NCBI GenBank assembly: GCA_002269645.1
Contig: NIVC01000268.1
Location: 655,647 to 719,646 of the forward strand
From: Macrostomum lignano
Taxonomy: Eukaryota
Direction of reading: 5' to 3'
Length of the DNA: 64,000 nt
A program made the translations under genes and the position numbers. This document shows, piece by piece, positions 21,445-34,538 of this stretch (its first letter is position 1; each line of letters opens with the position of its first letter). Below the pieces are notes generated by a model that worked only from the letters and a program-made list of their open reading frames with translations, had not been told where the DNA came from and made no database searches.

Positions 21445-22998
21445 ACTCCTCCGTGTCTATAGGTGACTCCTCCATGTCTATAGATGACTCCTCCGTGTCT
21501 ATAAGTGACTCCTCCGTGTCTATAAGTGACTCCTCCGTGTCTATAGGTGACTCCTCCGTGTCTATAGGTGACTCCTCCATGTCTATAGATGACTCCTCCG
21601 TGTCTATAGATGACTCCTCCGTGTCTATAGGTGGCTCCTCCGTGTCTAACAGGTGACTCCTCCGTGTCTAACAGGTGACTCCTCCGTGTCTAACAGGTGA
21701 CTCCTCCGTGTCTAACAGGTGACTCCTCCGTGTCTATAGGTGACTCCTCCGTGTCTATAGGTGACTCCTCCATGTCTATAGATGACTCCTCCGTGTCTAT
21801 AGATGACTCCTCCGTGTCTAAAGGTGACTCCTCCGTGCCTAACAGGTGACTCCTCCGTGTCTAACAGGTGACTCCTCCGTGTTTAACAGGTGACTCCTCC
21901 GTGTCTAACAGGTGACTCCTCTGTGTCTAACAGGTGACTCCTCCGTGTTTAACAGGTGACTCCTCCGTGTCTAAAGGTGACTCCTCCGTGTCTATAGGTG
22001 ACTCCTCCGTGTCTATGGGTGACTCCTCCATGTCTATAGATGACTCCTCCGTGTCTATAGGTGACTCCTCCATGTCTATAGATGACTCCTCCGTGTCTAT
22101 AGATGACTCCTCTGTGTCTAAAAGGTGACTCCTCCGTGTTTAACAGGTGACTCCTCCGTGTCTAACAGGTGACTCCTCCGTGCCTAACAGGTGACTCCTC
22201 CGTGTCTAACAGGTGACTCCTCCGTGTCTAACAGGTGACTCCTCCGTGTTTAACAGGTGACTCCTCCGTGTCTAACAGGTGACTCCTCCGTGTCTATAGG
22301 TGACTCGTCCGTGTCTATAAGTGACTCCTCCGCGTCTAACAGGTGACTCCTCCGCGTCTAAAGGTGACTCCTCTGTGTCTAACAGGTGACTTCTCCGTGT
22401 CTAACAGGTGACTCCTCTGTGTCTATAGGTGACTCCTCCGTGTCTATAAGAGACTCCTCAATGTCTATAGATGACTCCTCCGTGTCTATAGGTGACTCGT
22501 CCGTGTCTATAAGTGACTTCTCCGTGTCTAACAGGTGACTCCTCTGTGTTTAACAGGTGACTCCTCCGCGTCTAACAGGTGACTCCTCTGTGCCTAACAG
22601 GTGACTCCTCTGTGTCTAACAGGTGACTCCTCCGTGTCTAACAGGTGACTCCTCCGTGTCTAACAGGTGACTCCTCAATGTCTATAAGTGACTCCTCAAT
22701 GTCTATAGATGACTCCTCCGTGTCTATAGATGACTCCTCTGTGCCTAACAGGTGACTCCTCCGTGTCTAACAGGTGACTCCTCCGCGTCTAACAGGTGAC
22801 TCCTCTGTGCCTAACAGGTGACTCCTCTGTGTCTAACAGGTGACTCCTCCGTGTCTAACAGGTGACTCCTCCGTGTCTAACAGGTGACTCCTCAATGTCT
22901 ATAAGTGACTCCTCAATGTCTATAGATGACTCCTCCGTGTCTATAGATGACTCCTCTGTGCCTAACAGGTGACTCCTCCGTGTCTAACAGGTGACTCA
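21445..22998. repeat. 21-22-bp satellite (GTGACTCCTCCGTGTCTAACAG / ...CTATAG)
   Basis: Directly read; same family as 43227-44016 in the opposite orientation. Confidence 0.97.
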
Positions 22999-23199
22999 TC
23001 TATCGGCATGCAATGGTGATCTCAGCACGCCTGTGTAGTATGAGACATACCAGGCTTACGAGCGATCCTACCCTCTATTCTGGTGCAGGGATGACAGGAG
23101 AACTCTTCAAGCTGACTCACAAGCCGACCTAGCTGGGTTCACGCCCCGCATGTGTTCAAAGGAAACTCTAGGCCTGCTGGACTGACCGAGCTCCGGCAG

Positions 23200-25490
23200 C
23201 GGCAACCCATCCATGGCATTGGCTTCTGTCTTGCTCGCTTTGGGTACGAGCTCTGCCAGGCAGTGAACCTGTGCACCTGTGAACCTCTGACCACGGCTCT
23301 GAGGAACAGGGATCACTATCTGACCTCAGCTCGACTGGGGTATGGAGCTGGAAAACCTGTTTATCTACAGGGAGGACGAGCGACCCCGGACACACCGGCA
23401 CCGTGCCTGGATTCCGGCTCGCAGTTCCATCACCAAAGCCCACGAGCTGCGTCGCCGGCTAGTGGCTACCAATCCGGAGCTGCCGGCCAGTGGCGTCGTA
23501 GTTGACGAGACCATCTCCAAGCCGGGTGGAGACGGTTTCACGGCAATCCTCGGACTGTCCTCGGAGTTTTCAACGCCCACCACACCCACTGGGGCAGTAA
23601 TACCTCCAACAGCAGAGGCTAGGAACTCCTTGCTTACATCTGCACCGCCAATACTGAGTTTTGCAACATTGGTGGAACTCCCACCTTTGACAACGGGGCC
23701 CTCGACGTAACCCTCGTCTCCCATGGTTTGGCTCCTCTGGTCAAGGACTGGGAGGTGTGGGACGAAGAGGAGTCTCTGTCGGACCATCGCTTCGTTCGTT
23801 TTCGGTTGCATTCCTCTTGCCCCAAACCAAACATCCTGTGGAAAAGGAACTTCCGGAACACTGACTGGACGGCTTTCGTGGAAACCCTGAAATGCCAGAC
23901 AGATAATCCGCCCCTTGTGGCACCCATTAGATCCCTACGGTGCAGGGCAAAGTGCCTCTAACGGAAAGCTCGCAAGAGCAAGGACCCAGCTGATGTGGTC
24001 GCTTATCAGGACGCGATTTGCGACTTTAAGCGTGAAACCAGGAAAGCCAAGTCCGACAAATGGCGCCAATACTGCGCGGAGTTAGAAGGCACCCGCCCTA
24101 CTTCACGCGTGGTAAAGGCTCTGACCCTCGACAAAATATCAAAGCTCTAAGTCATTAAAAGACCGGACGGCCGGCTCGCTGAGAACCCCGGGGAATCGCT
24201 GGACATGCTCACCAGCTCTTTCCCCTGTGCCGCACCGCACGAAGCCACAGATCCTGGCTTCGACCATCATTACTAGAGAGAGGACGGCTTGCGCCGCAAA
24301 ATCCTTTTCTCCCTTCAAGTCACCGTGACCTAAAACATTTATCCTGCCTTCCTCCATGAGGCAGTTAAGAATGACAGGTTTCTTGGTCTCCTCTACAACC
24401 TCTTCAAGGCCAGCATTACCCTCGGGTACGTGCCAAAAGCCTGGCAAGAGGCTACGGTAGTCTTCATACCCAAGCCAGGGAAGGGAGACTATCACTCTGC
24501 CAAAGCTTACCGCCCTATCAGTCTGACGTCTTTCTTCCTCAAACTGATGGAACGGCTGGTGCTCTGGCGTCTCCTCTTCGTGGAGTTAAGGAACTCAGCA
24601 CGCCTTTCGTCCTGCACGCCATTGTCGACAAGCTGGAGCGCGCCGTGCTTGGCAGTAGATACGCGCTCTCGCTTTTCCTCGACATTGATGGTGCTTTCAG
24701 TAATGTGCTCTTTGAAGCCTTTAGGCGGGCCCTGGAATCCCGGGGCACGCACGAGCACCTTATCCGCTGGATTATGTACATAGTCACCCATCGTACAGCC
24801 AACTCGCACCGTCTAGGACACTCCCGCTCCGTTGGAGGTGCAGAAGGGCGGACCGCAAGGTGGAGTCCTCAGCCCGATTCTCTGGAACTTGGTCATGGAC
24901 GAGCTGCTTTGCAGCCCGCATCCGGACCCGGTTTAAAAGGTCGGCTATGTGGACGATGTTACTGCCACTGTGGCTGGACCATCGCCTGTGGTCCTCAGAG
25001 ACCTCCTCCAAGCCTTCATCCACCGTGCCGAGCGCTGGGCACATGGCTGCGTTCTCAGGTTCTCTGAGTCTAAAACCGTGGCTATCATGTTCACCAGCCG
25101 CCGAAACTGAGGAATCGAACCGCTCTCCCTCTATTGCAACTCCGTTGCCTCAAAATGCCCCTTCTGCCTCTCCGGTGTCGAGAACGCGGAGCACTTTATC
25201 TGTGAATGCCTCGTCTTTACTCAGGACAGGCTCATCTACCTCGGCCCAAACCCGGACCTCTCCGACGTTTTCAGGCCCGAGAATCTCTGCCAGCTCGTCC
25301 GCTACCTAAGGGCTACCGGGCGAGCGACAATCCACCTCCTGGACTCTCCGGAGGGGGGGGGGCGCTGCGAGCACCGGCACCACCGGATCTCCCTGCGCGA
25401 CACCGAAGCAATAGCTGCCCGTGGTCGCCAGGGGTTAACGAAATGAGCGGCAACGCCTTCTGCAGCTGAGTCAAGTATGTCAAGTAAGAC
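23200..25490 (+). mobile_element. Degenerate, internally deleted non-LTR retrotransposon (R1/LOA-like): ORF1 remnant, APE endonuclease, reverse transcriptase, Cys/His 3' region
   Basis: RAWIPARS..RRRLVATNPEL (ORF1-like); WGSNTSNSRG..SDHRFVRF (endonuclease); VVFIPKPGK..YRPISLTSFFLKLMERL; FLDIDGAFSNV; YVDDV; 3' CTGCAGCTGAGTCAAGT tail shared with 37.5 kb. Confidence 0.85.
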
Positions 25491-25893
25491 TTATTTATCG
25501 AGAAAATGGCTCTCGTTTAACAAATGATTAATATGTCTAACACCGCTCTCCATTTCGAACAGCCAGAAGCACATGACTTACCGTGAGGTGGCTGAAATTG
25601 CAGCTGCTGAACAGTAGGGTCGCACACGGGCGGACTGTGAGACTGAACAGGTGTTCTCAGACCGCTTTCGTTGCTGTCGGCAATTGGCAATGGCGCGGCG
25701 CCTGCAGAGTCACCCGCCCTTGTAGCTGATCCCAGTTGCAAATCAAAGTTGGCCTCATTCTGAAAGTTTACCGGGGAGCGTTTAAATTTAGTTAGATATT
25801 CGTATAGGTTATCCTGTTAGTAACTGATCTGTTCACACTCATCTAGTTCTTGTAAGAACTCTCTTCACAACTACAATATCTAGTTTTCTTGAT

Positions 25894-26240
25894 TCACGGG
25901 AATTTAACTGGGGCATATTCACTCGCATCTCTCATCCACCGCACCTCCTCCTGTGCTTGCTGAAAAACCGCCTCAGAATCTCTTAGCGACTGTCGTGTTA
26001 CCTCCTCGATCTGTTCCGTACTCAGGCTGAAAGCAGAAGACTGCCCCAGTTGCTGTTGTCCCGACTTATCCCGGTCCATTCTTGCAGAAGTTGCAAATGC
26101 TGTAGTGAAGCTAGGCGTAATCGCGCTGGGTTTGAGAAATCCTGATATTCTCCTTTTAAGCTGAAGAAACCCATTTGGATGCCGCTTTTTCTGCTTTGCA
26201 GGAGCAGACTACACGAAGATTCTTTGTGATTGGGCAAAAA
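25894..26240 (-). pseudogene. Possible degenerate RGS-domain-like coding fragment
   Basis: LSTEQIEEVTRQSLRDSEAVFQQAQEEVRWM resembles the RGS C-terminal helices, with an upstream frame GEYQDFSNPARLRLA; resemblance by eye only. Confidence 0.25.
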
Positions 26241-26449
26241 ATATTTACTCATAATTGCAATTTTCCAGAAAATTTTTCTCACTTTGCTTTTACTGAGTCA
26301 GGAATAAATGTTTATTTTTCAAGACTGAAAAAATGGTGAATCTGATTTGGGGATAACTCTCGGTGTAATTTAGGGATAACTCTAGGAAAGATATAGAGTC
26401 GATTAGATTCGTGATATGGTTAGGTTGATTCTTGGTGGACCTTGAAGGT

Positions 26450-27234
26450 GGGGGGTCTTTCTCGAAACTCACGTAACTTCTATGGTAAGTTAGATCGTAA
26501 GAAAGAAATTTACGTGTAGCGTAAGTTTGCTCGTAAGACGCTTTCTCAAAACTCACTTAGACTTTGCGTGGCTTACGCTGTTCGTAAGTCGTATCTGAAA
26601 CGAAAAGTTGCATGTCTATGGTCATAAATCTGCAAATATCTTTACTTAGTCTATCGCAAGTTGCTTTCGAGAAAGACCCCCAGTGTTGCTGAAAAGATGT
26701 AGACCAGGGGGGTCTTTCTCGAAAGCAACTTACGATCCACCATAGACATAAGTTGGGTAAGCTACACTTACGGGTTGCTCGAAGGGCTCGCAAGTTAGCT
26801 ATGCGTAAGATTGATCGCAACTTTACGAGTTCGTAACTTTGCGCAAAAGACTGTTTCTCGAAACGTTCGTATGTCTATGGTCTTTCGTAAGGTTGATCTT
26901 AACCCTACGACTGCTCGGTATCAGTCGTAAGACGCACTTAAGCACTAATCGCATAGTACGTGAAGCTTTAGTCAAGCCAAGTCAAGTTAAACTTTATCGA
27001 AGGTGGGTCTTTCTCGAAAGCAACTTACGATAGACTAAGTAAAGATATTTGCAGATTTATGATCATAGACATGCAACTTTTCGTTTCAGATACGACTTAC
27101 GAACAGCGTAAGCCACGCGAAGTCTAAGTGAGTTTTGAGAAAGCGTCTTACGAGCAAACTTACGCTACACGTAAATTTCTTTCTTACGATCTAACTTACC
27201 ATAGAACTTACGTGAGTTTCGAGAAAGACCCCCC
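26450..27234. mobile_element. Cluster of related MITEs with GGGGTCTTTCTCGAAA terminal inverted repeats (26450-26681 inverted relative to 27002-27234; larger unit 26707-27234)
   Basis: TIRs read directly; 26450-26681 is the near-exact reverse complement of 27002-27234; ACCAG flanks both sides of 26707-27234. Confidence 0.75.
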
Positions 27235-27240
27235 ACCAGA

Positions 27241-28284
27241 TTATAGGAAAGTTATAGAGACGATTCTAGGAAATTTATAGAGACGATTCTAGGAAAGGTA
27301 TAGAGACGATTCTAGGAAATTTATAGAGACGATTCTAGGAAAGGTATAGAGACGATTCTACGAAAGGTATAGAGACGATTCTAGGAAAGGTATAGAGACG
27401 ATTCTAGGAAAGGTATAGAGACGATTATAGGAAAGGTATAGAGACGATTCTAGGAAAGGTATAGAGACGATTCTAGGAAATTTATAGAGACGATTCTAGG
27501 AAAGGTATAGAGACGATTCTAGGAAAGGTATAGAGACGATTCTAGGAAAGGTATAGAGACGATTCTAGGAAAGGTATAGAGACGATTCTAGGAAAGGTAT
27601 AGAGACGATTCTAGGAAATTTATAGAGACGATTCTAGGAAAGGTATAGAGACGATTCTAGGAAAGGTATAGAGACGATTCTAGGAAATTTATAGAGACGA
27701 TTCTAGGAAAGGTATAGAGACGATTCTACGAAAGGTATAGAGACGATTCTAGGAAAGGTATAGAGACGATTCTAGGAAAGGTATAGAGACGATTCTAGGA
27801 AAGGTATAGAGACGATTCTAGGAAAGGTATAGAGACGATTCTAGGAAAGGTATAGAGACGATTCTAGGAAAGTTATAGAGACGATTCTAGAAAAGGTATA
27901 AAGACGATTCTAGGAAAGGTATAGAGACGATTCTAGGAAAGTTATAGAGACGATTCTAGAAAAGGTATAGAGACGATTCTAGGAAAGGTATAGAGACGAT
28001 TCTAGGAAATTTATAGAGACGATTCTAGGAATGGTATAGAGACGATTCTAGGAAAGGTATAGAGACGATTCTAGGAAAGGTATAGAGACGATTCTAGGAA
28101 AGGTATAGAGACGATTCTAGGAAAGGTATAGAGACGATTCTAGGAAAGGTATAGAGACGATTCTAGGAAAGGTATAGAAACGATTCTAGGAAAGGTATAG
28201 AGACGATTCTAGGAAAGGTATAGAGACGATTCTAGGAAAGGTATAGAGACGATTCTAGGAAAGGTATAGAGACGATTCTAGGAG
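27241..28284. repeat. 23-bp satellite (TATAGAGACGATTCTAGGAAAGG), array 1
   Basis: Directly read. Confidence 0.97.
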
Positions 28285-29103
28285 AAGTATTTGTTGACTT
28301 TTTGGAAGTTATTCTTTAAGTTCAGGAAGTAAGACGACCGGACTATTTTTTACTAACAGTAATAGATCAAAACTGTTTTATTACTAAAGCCTATATTGCT
28401 CATATTTTAGTTTCTGAACACACTAAAGAAATATCTATCATTACGTAATCATAAATTAGTTGTTTACAGCTTCATCTGGATTTAGCTGCAAGCAAAAATC
28501 TTATCCTATATGCATTTAAAGCTGCGCATTTTAGGAAAATTGTTTGCTTCTGTTTTCTAGAGGAACTGCATCTAGGGTGCGTGGAAAAATATAATTATGA
28601 TTGCTCAAACGCAACGGAGTCTTGAAAGATTTATTTAATCATAGGCTGGCAAACCAGCTGCACTGAGACTCGTTTTGATGGAGGGAAATTTTCCCGCGAT
28701 TAGTTTGTATAAGCGACAGCTTCTCAGTTTTTTCTGAAGGTGACTTGTCTCCTTCTTTTCGCTTCATGCTGGTAGAGGACGAGGTCCGTGAGCTGGGGCT
28801 CAAACCCGGCATTGTGTGCTGGATTGACTTCATGATTCGGAACACAACTGAGTGACTTCCAGCGTCATGGCTCGCAAAGGCGTATTCAGCACACCAGTGA
28901 AAGATGAGACAGGCTAGGACTATTGGCTACGGTCTGCGATGCTTCACACCTGCCCCTATCTTCAGCTGCCCGGAGGTCTGCATCATCTATTTGCCTCTGG
29001 CAGCCGCAGACCCCCCCCCATGTTGTCTCGCAAATCGACTCAATGCACCCGTCCCCGCGTGTGTTCAAGGCAGACCCTAGGGCTGCTGGACAGACTGCAG
29101 GCT
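28281..29103. repeat. About 820-bp segmental duplicate, copy 1 (copy 2 at 34535-35356)
   Basis: Near-identical sequence; identical 68-aa ORFs at 28639 and 34893. Confidence 0.95.
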
Positions 29104-29525
29104 GATCGCAACTTTACGAGTTCGTAACTTTGCGCAAAAGGCTGTTTCTCGAAACGTTCGTATGTCTATGGTCTTTCGTAAGGTTGATCTTAACCCTATG
29201 ACTGCTCGGTATCAGTCGTAAGACGCACTTGAGCACTAATCGCATAGTGCGTGAAGCTTTAGTCAAGCCAAGTCAAGTTAAACTTTATCGAAGGTGGGTC
29301 TTTCTCGAAAGCAACTTACGATAGACTAAGTAAAGATATTTGCAGATTTATGACCATAGACATGCAACTTTTCGTTTCAGATACGACTTACGAACAGCGT
29401 AAGCCACGCGAAGTCTAAGTGAGTTTTGAGAAAGCGTCTTACGAGCAAACTTACGCTACACGTAAATTTCTTTCTTACGATCTAACTTACCATAGAAGTT
29501 ACGTGAGTTTCGAGAAAGACCCCCC
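29103..29525. mobile_element. 5'-truncated second copy of the 26707-27234 MITE unit
   Basis: Matches about 26812-27234 with few substitutions. Confidence 0.85.
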
Positions 29526-29530
29526 ACCAG

Positions 29531-31383
29531 ATTATAGGAAAGTTATAGAGATGATTCTAGGAAAGGTATAGAGACGATTCTAGGAAATTTATAGAGACGA
29601 TTCTAGGAAAGGTATAGAGACGATTCTAGGAAAGGTATAGAGACGATTCTAGGAAAGGTATAGAGACGATTCTAGGAAAGGTATAGAGACGATTCTAGGA
29701 AAGGTATAGAGACGATTCTAGGAAAGGTATAGAGACGATTCTAGGAAAGTTATAGAGACGATTCTAGAAAAGGTATAAAGACGATTCTAGGAAAGGTATA
29801 GAGACGATTCTAGGAAAGTTATAGAGACGATTCTAGAAAAGGTATAGATACGATTCTAGGAAAGTTATAGAGACGATTCTAGGAAATTTATAGAGACGAT
29901 TCTAGGAATGGTATAGAGACGATTCTAGGAAAGGTATAGAGACGATTCTAGGAAAGGTATAGAGACGATTCTAGGAAAGGTATAGAGACGATTCTAGGAA
30001 AGGTATAGAGACGATTCTAGGAAAGGTATAGAGACGATTCTAGGAAAGGTATAGAAACGATTCTAGGAAAGGTATAGAGACGATTCTAGGAAAGGTATAG
30101 AGACGATTCTAGGAAAGGTATAGAGACGATTCTAGGAAAGGTATAGAGACGATTCTAGGAAAGGTATAGAGACGATTCTAGGAAAGGTATAGAGACGATT
30201 CTAGGAAATTTATAGAGACGATTCTAGGAAAGGTATAGAGACGATTCTAGGAAAGGTATAGAGACGATTCTAGGAAAAGTATAGAGACGATTCTAGGAAA
30301 GGTATAGAGACGATTCTAGGAAAGGTATAGAGACGATTCTAGGAAAGGTATAGAGACGATTCTAGGAAAGGTATAGAAACGATTCTAGGAAAGGTATAGA
30401 GACGATTCTAGGAAAGGTATAGAGACGATTCTAGGAAAGGTATAGAGACGATTCTAGGAAAGGTATAGAGACGATTCTAGGAAATTTATAGAGACGATTC
30501 TAGGAAAGGTATAGAGACGATTCTAGGAAAGGTATAGAGACGATTCTAGGAAAGGTATAGAGACGATTCTAGGAAAGGTATAGAGACGATTCTAGGAAAG
30601 GTATAGAGACGATTCTAGGAAAGGTATAGAGACGATTCTACGAAAGGTATAGAGACGATTCTAGGAAAGGTATAGAGACGATTCTAGGAAATTTATAGAG
30701 ACGATTCTAGGAAAGGTATAGAGACGATTCTAGGAAAGGTATAGAGACGATTCTAGGAAAGGTATAGAGACGATTCTAGGAAAGGTATAGAGACGATTCT
30801 AGGAAAGGTATAGAGACGATTCTAGGAAAGGTATAGAGACGATTCTAGGAAAGGTATAGAGACGATTCTAGGAAAGGTATAGAGACGATTCTAGGAAAGG
30901 TATAGAGACGATTCTACGAAAGGTATAGAGACGATTCTAGGAAAGGTATAGAGACGATTCTAGGAAATTTATAGAGACGATTCTAGGAAAGGTATAGAGA
31001 CGATTCTAGGAAAGGTATAGAGACGATTCTAGGAAAGGTATAGAGACGATTCTAGGAAAGGTATAGAGACGATTCTAGGAAAGGTATAGAGACGATTCTA
31101 GGAAAGGTATAGAGACGATTCTACGAAAGGTATAGAGACGATTCTAGGAAAGGTATAGAGACGATTCTAGGAAATTTATAGAGACGATTCTAGGAAAGGT
31201 ATAGAGACGATTCTAGGAAAGGTATAGAGACGATTCTAGGAAAGGTATAGAGACGATTCTAGGAAAGGTATAGAGACGATTCTAGGAAATTTATAGAGAC
31301 GATTCTAGGAAAGGTATAGAGACGATTCTAGGAAAGGTATAGAGACGATTCTAGGAAATTTATAGAGACGATTCTAGGAAAGA
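29531..31383. repeat. 23-bp satellite (TATAGAGACGATTCTAGGAAAGG), array 2
   Basis: Directly read. Confidence 0.97.
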
Positions 31384-31599
31384 TAGATGTGAATACAATT
31401 CCAGAAAAATTAGCATATATTTCATAAGTGCTTTAAGTAAGAATATTTGCAAATTGATTTTTTATGGCTCTTATCTCTGCCACGAGTGTACCGCACTGGA
31501 TTTCCGGTAGCTAAAAAGAGCTGCAGCATAAAAGCACAAATAAAACGAACCGATTAGAAAAACTAAAGATCTGAGCCATTACGTTCTTTTTGGGCCCAA

Positions 31600-33240
31600 C
31601 AAGAGAGCAGAGACAGCATCCTAACTTAACAGTCACAGACTGAAGCAATTTTTGGAGGGTCGCAAAATTTGTTTACGGCTCGGAGAGTCTTCGCGACCAG
31701 TTTCTAATTGTTTGGTCTCCACAGCAAGAAAATCTTGCGAAAATTGCTGTCCGAGAAAGTAAACGGTCTGACCTGGACGAGTGTCACTGCGGTCGCTGCG
31801 GCGGGTGAGGCTGTATGTACAAAACGGTGAGATGGACGCGAACGTCCCGTGTTTTTCACAGCCTACAAGCCAGTCTCCCTCAACGGCACTGGAAAGATCA
31901 AAGGAACAAAAACTTACAAGCACACCAAGCAGGAAAGAGGGGGAAAAACAGCCACTTGCTTTTGCTGGGAAAAATCGGGCCGCACCAAGAGTGAAAACCG
32001 GCACAAAGCGCGCTTAAATAAGATAATTGCAGCAAGACAGCCACCTGAAGACGGTAAGAAAGATCTCAAAACCCCAGCGCAGAACACAGCAGGTAAATTC
32101 AAGGACTCGACTCGTGCAGCAACAACTTGTAGTGAACAAAACAAAGGCTGGTTGATGAGCAGTAAAACCATTTTTCCCTGTTTCGCCAACATAGGATTCT
32201 CGATTTGCATCAACGGAACCGCAGATGATGCGGTGGTTGACACTCGAGCGGATGCTTCATCACTCATCTAACAACTAACATTATAGTGCCTGTCAATCAT
32301 CCCCGAACTGGTCAAACAGAGCTGGAGAAGAACGTGGATGTCTACTTCACAAAAGAGTCAACCAGAAGCAAGCGAATATATAATTTCTGGGATTGAAAAT
32401 TACTGGAGAAGCAAGCTGCCCAAGCAGTTGAAAAGATGGACATCAAAGCAGAAAGATGAGAAGTGGAGTTGGGACGTGGAGGAGCGGTCTACATTTAGCA
32501 AAAACAAAATCAAGACGATTTCCAAGTCAGAAGTGACCAAGTCGTTCGCCTCGGATGGGCGCAAGTTCACACTGTTGACTGACCACCATCCTTTTAAGTA
32601 CATCCTTGATCCGGCAAAAATGCCTCAGAATCAGATCCCGGTGGTCGATGCTTTATCAAGGCTGCAGTCAGCATGCGCCGAGTCACAGCAGTTTGATGTA
32701 AGCTCTCTGCAACACATGATACTAGATTTTCCATTGAACGAAGGGGGATACTTCTATCAAAAGTAGGAGCTGCCTATCAAGGGTGCAATTCTGCTTTGAG
32801 GAATCAGAATTGTGGTCCCAATCTCGCGTGGTCAATTATCATAGCAAACTTGATGATGGACAGCTAAGATGATAAAATCTATAGCTCGACAGTGTGTTTG
32901 GTGGTCTTCGAATCGACTGGGACTTTGAACTCAAGGCCAAAGCATGCAGTTCAGGTGACAACAGAAAAGTGAAACCGCGAGCACATTAACAGCAAATGTT
33001 TGGCATAACTGATGCCTACAACAAGTGGGTGGAGGTCCAACTGATGAGCCCAATCAGCCACCGAGGACACGATTATTCAACTCCGTCGCACATTCGCACA
33101 GGAGGGATTGCCGCCTGTAATTGTCTCCAACAACACAGTATGACATTATTGCTCAAATGGCACAGTAGAAAGATTCGTCCGGGATCTAGAAAATCTTCTT
33201 CGTACAGCCCTGGATCAGAATTAAATTCAAGCTAGCACCG
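31600..33240 (+). mobile_element. Highly degenerate Ty3/Gypsy remnant (knuckle, protease, RNase H and integrase fragments)
   Basis: INGTADDAVVDTRADASSLI (protease-like); GRKFTLLTDHHPF and VVDALSRL (RNase H region); ITDAYNKWVEV (integrase). Confidence 0.7.
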
Positions 33241-33273
33241 ACAACAATCATTTAATGCTCGTACCAATAAAAA

Positions 33274-33556
33274 ATAATTGATCACACCTGCCGAATGGCC
33301 AGATGTGCAACCGACAGCTCAGCTGCAGCTATTACGTGGCGCATCTCAAGGTTCAGTCCAAGGACTGGGAAGTCGCCACACCCAGCCTCAATTACCCCAG
33401 CTAATGCTGGCACCCATTTTACAGCTGTGTTAAATGAAGCAATGCAGAGTTAGGTGTCTCGCTCAATTTACACAAAATGTTCCTCGTGAGTCGAGAATCG
33501 AACCCCTGACCTTTCAGTCGTGAACTTGACACTCTTAACCACAAGGCTACAGCCCC
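33274..33556 (-). mobile_element. tRNA-derived SINE, copy 2
   Basis: Homologous along its length to 9471-9766. Confidence 0.8.
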
Positions 33557-33917
33557 CATCATTCAGCAACTGGGATGTCGCCAGAGAAGTTAGACAGAGA
33601 ATTCATGAGGAAGCACCTCGGACAGACAAAACACGCGAATCTCAAAAAAGGCAGTTGCGGTGAGAGATGGCGAGATGGAGCAGAAAGAGCTGTTGCTGGA
33701 ATCTGAATTGCAGCAGATCAAGGAGACTAAAAAACCTACAGATGGCCTGAGCGCTGGACAGACTCAATTCTAAGTGGCTTGGGAAACCAGCGCGTTCTCT
33801 CACAGATAAGCCAAATGACACACGGGATTTCATTTTGAATACGAAGACTTATACTCGTACTTTTGCTTAAAATAGTAACACTTGTAAATTGTGTTCTCTA
33901 CCGCATTTATTCAACGC

Positions 33918-34538
33918 CTCTAGGAGAGATTCTAGGAAATATGTAGAGAAGATTCTAGGAAGAATGTAGAGAAGAATCTAGGAAATATGTAGAGACGATT
34001 CTAGGAAGAATGTAGAGAAGAATCTAGGAAATATGTAGAGACGATTCTAGGAAGAATGTAGAGAAGAATCTAGGAAGGATGTAGAGAAGATTCTAGAAAG
34101 GATGTAGAGAAGATTCTAGAAAGGATGTAGAGAAGAATCAAGGAAAGATGTAGAAACGATTCTAGAAAGGATGTAGAGACGATTCTAGAAAGGATGTAGA
34201 GAAGATTCTAGGAAGAATGTAGAGAAGAATCAAGGAAAGATGTAGAGACGATTCTTGGAAAGATGTAGAGACGATTCTAGGAAGAATGTAGAGAAGATTC
34301 TAGAAAGGATGTAGAAAAGAATCTAGGAAGGGTGTAGAGAAGATTCTAGGAAGGATGTAGAGAAGATTCTAGAAAGGATGTAGAGAAGATTCTAGAAAGG
34401 ATGTAGAGAAGAATCTAGAAAGGATGTAGAGACGATTCTAGGAAGGATGTAAGAGAAGATTCTAGAAAGGATGTAGAGAAGAATCTAGGAAGGGTGTAGA
34501 GAAGATTCTAGGAAGGATGTAAGAGAAGATTGTAGGAG
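33918..34538. repeat. Diverged 23-bp satellite (TGTAGAGAAGATTCTAGGAAGGA), array 3
   Basis: Same unit family as arrays 1 and 2, with more variants. Confidence 0.93.

Noticed and set aside
28639-28960. Secreted peptide gene in the duplicated block (IVLACLIFHWCAEYAFA...)
   Set aside because: An in-frame TAG separates it from the upstream ATG in both copies; no motif or splice support
27241-31383. CRISPR-like 23-bp repeats
   Set aside because: Head-to-tail satellite without spacers
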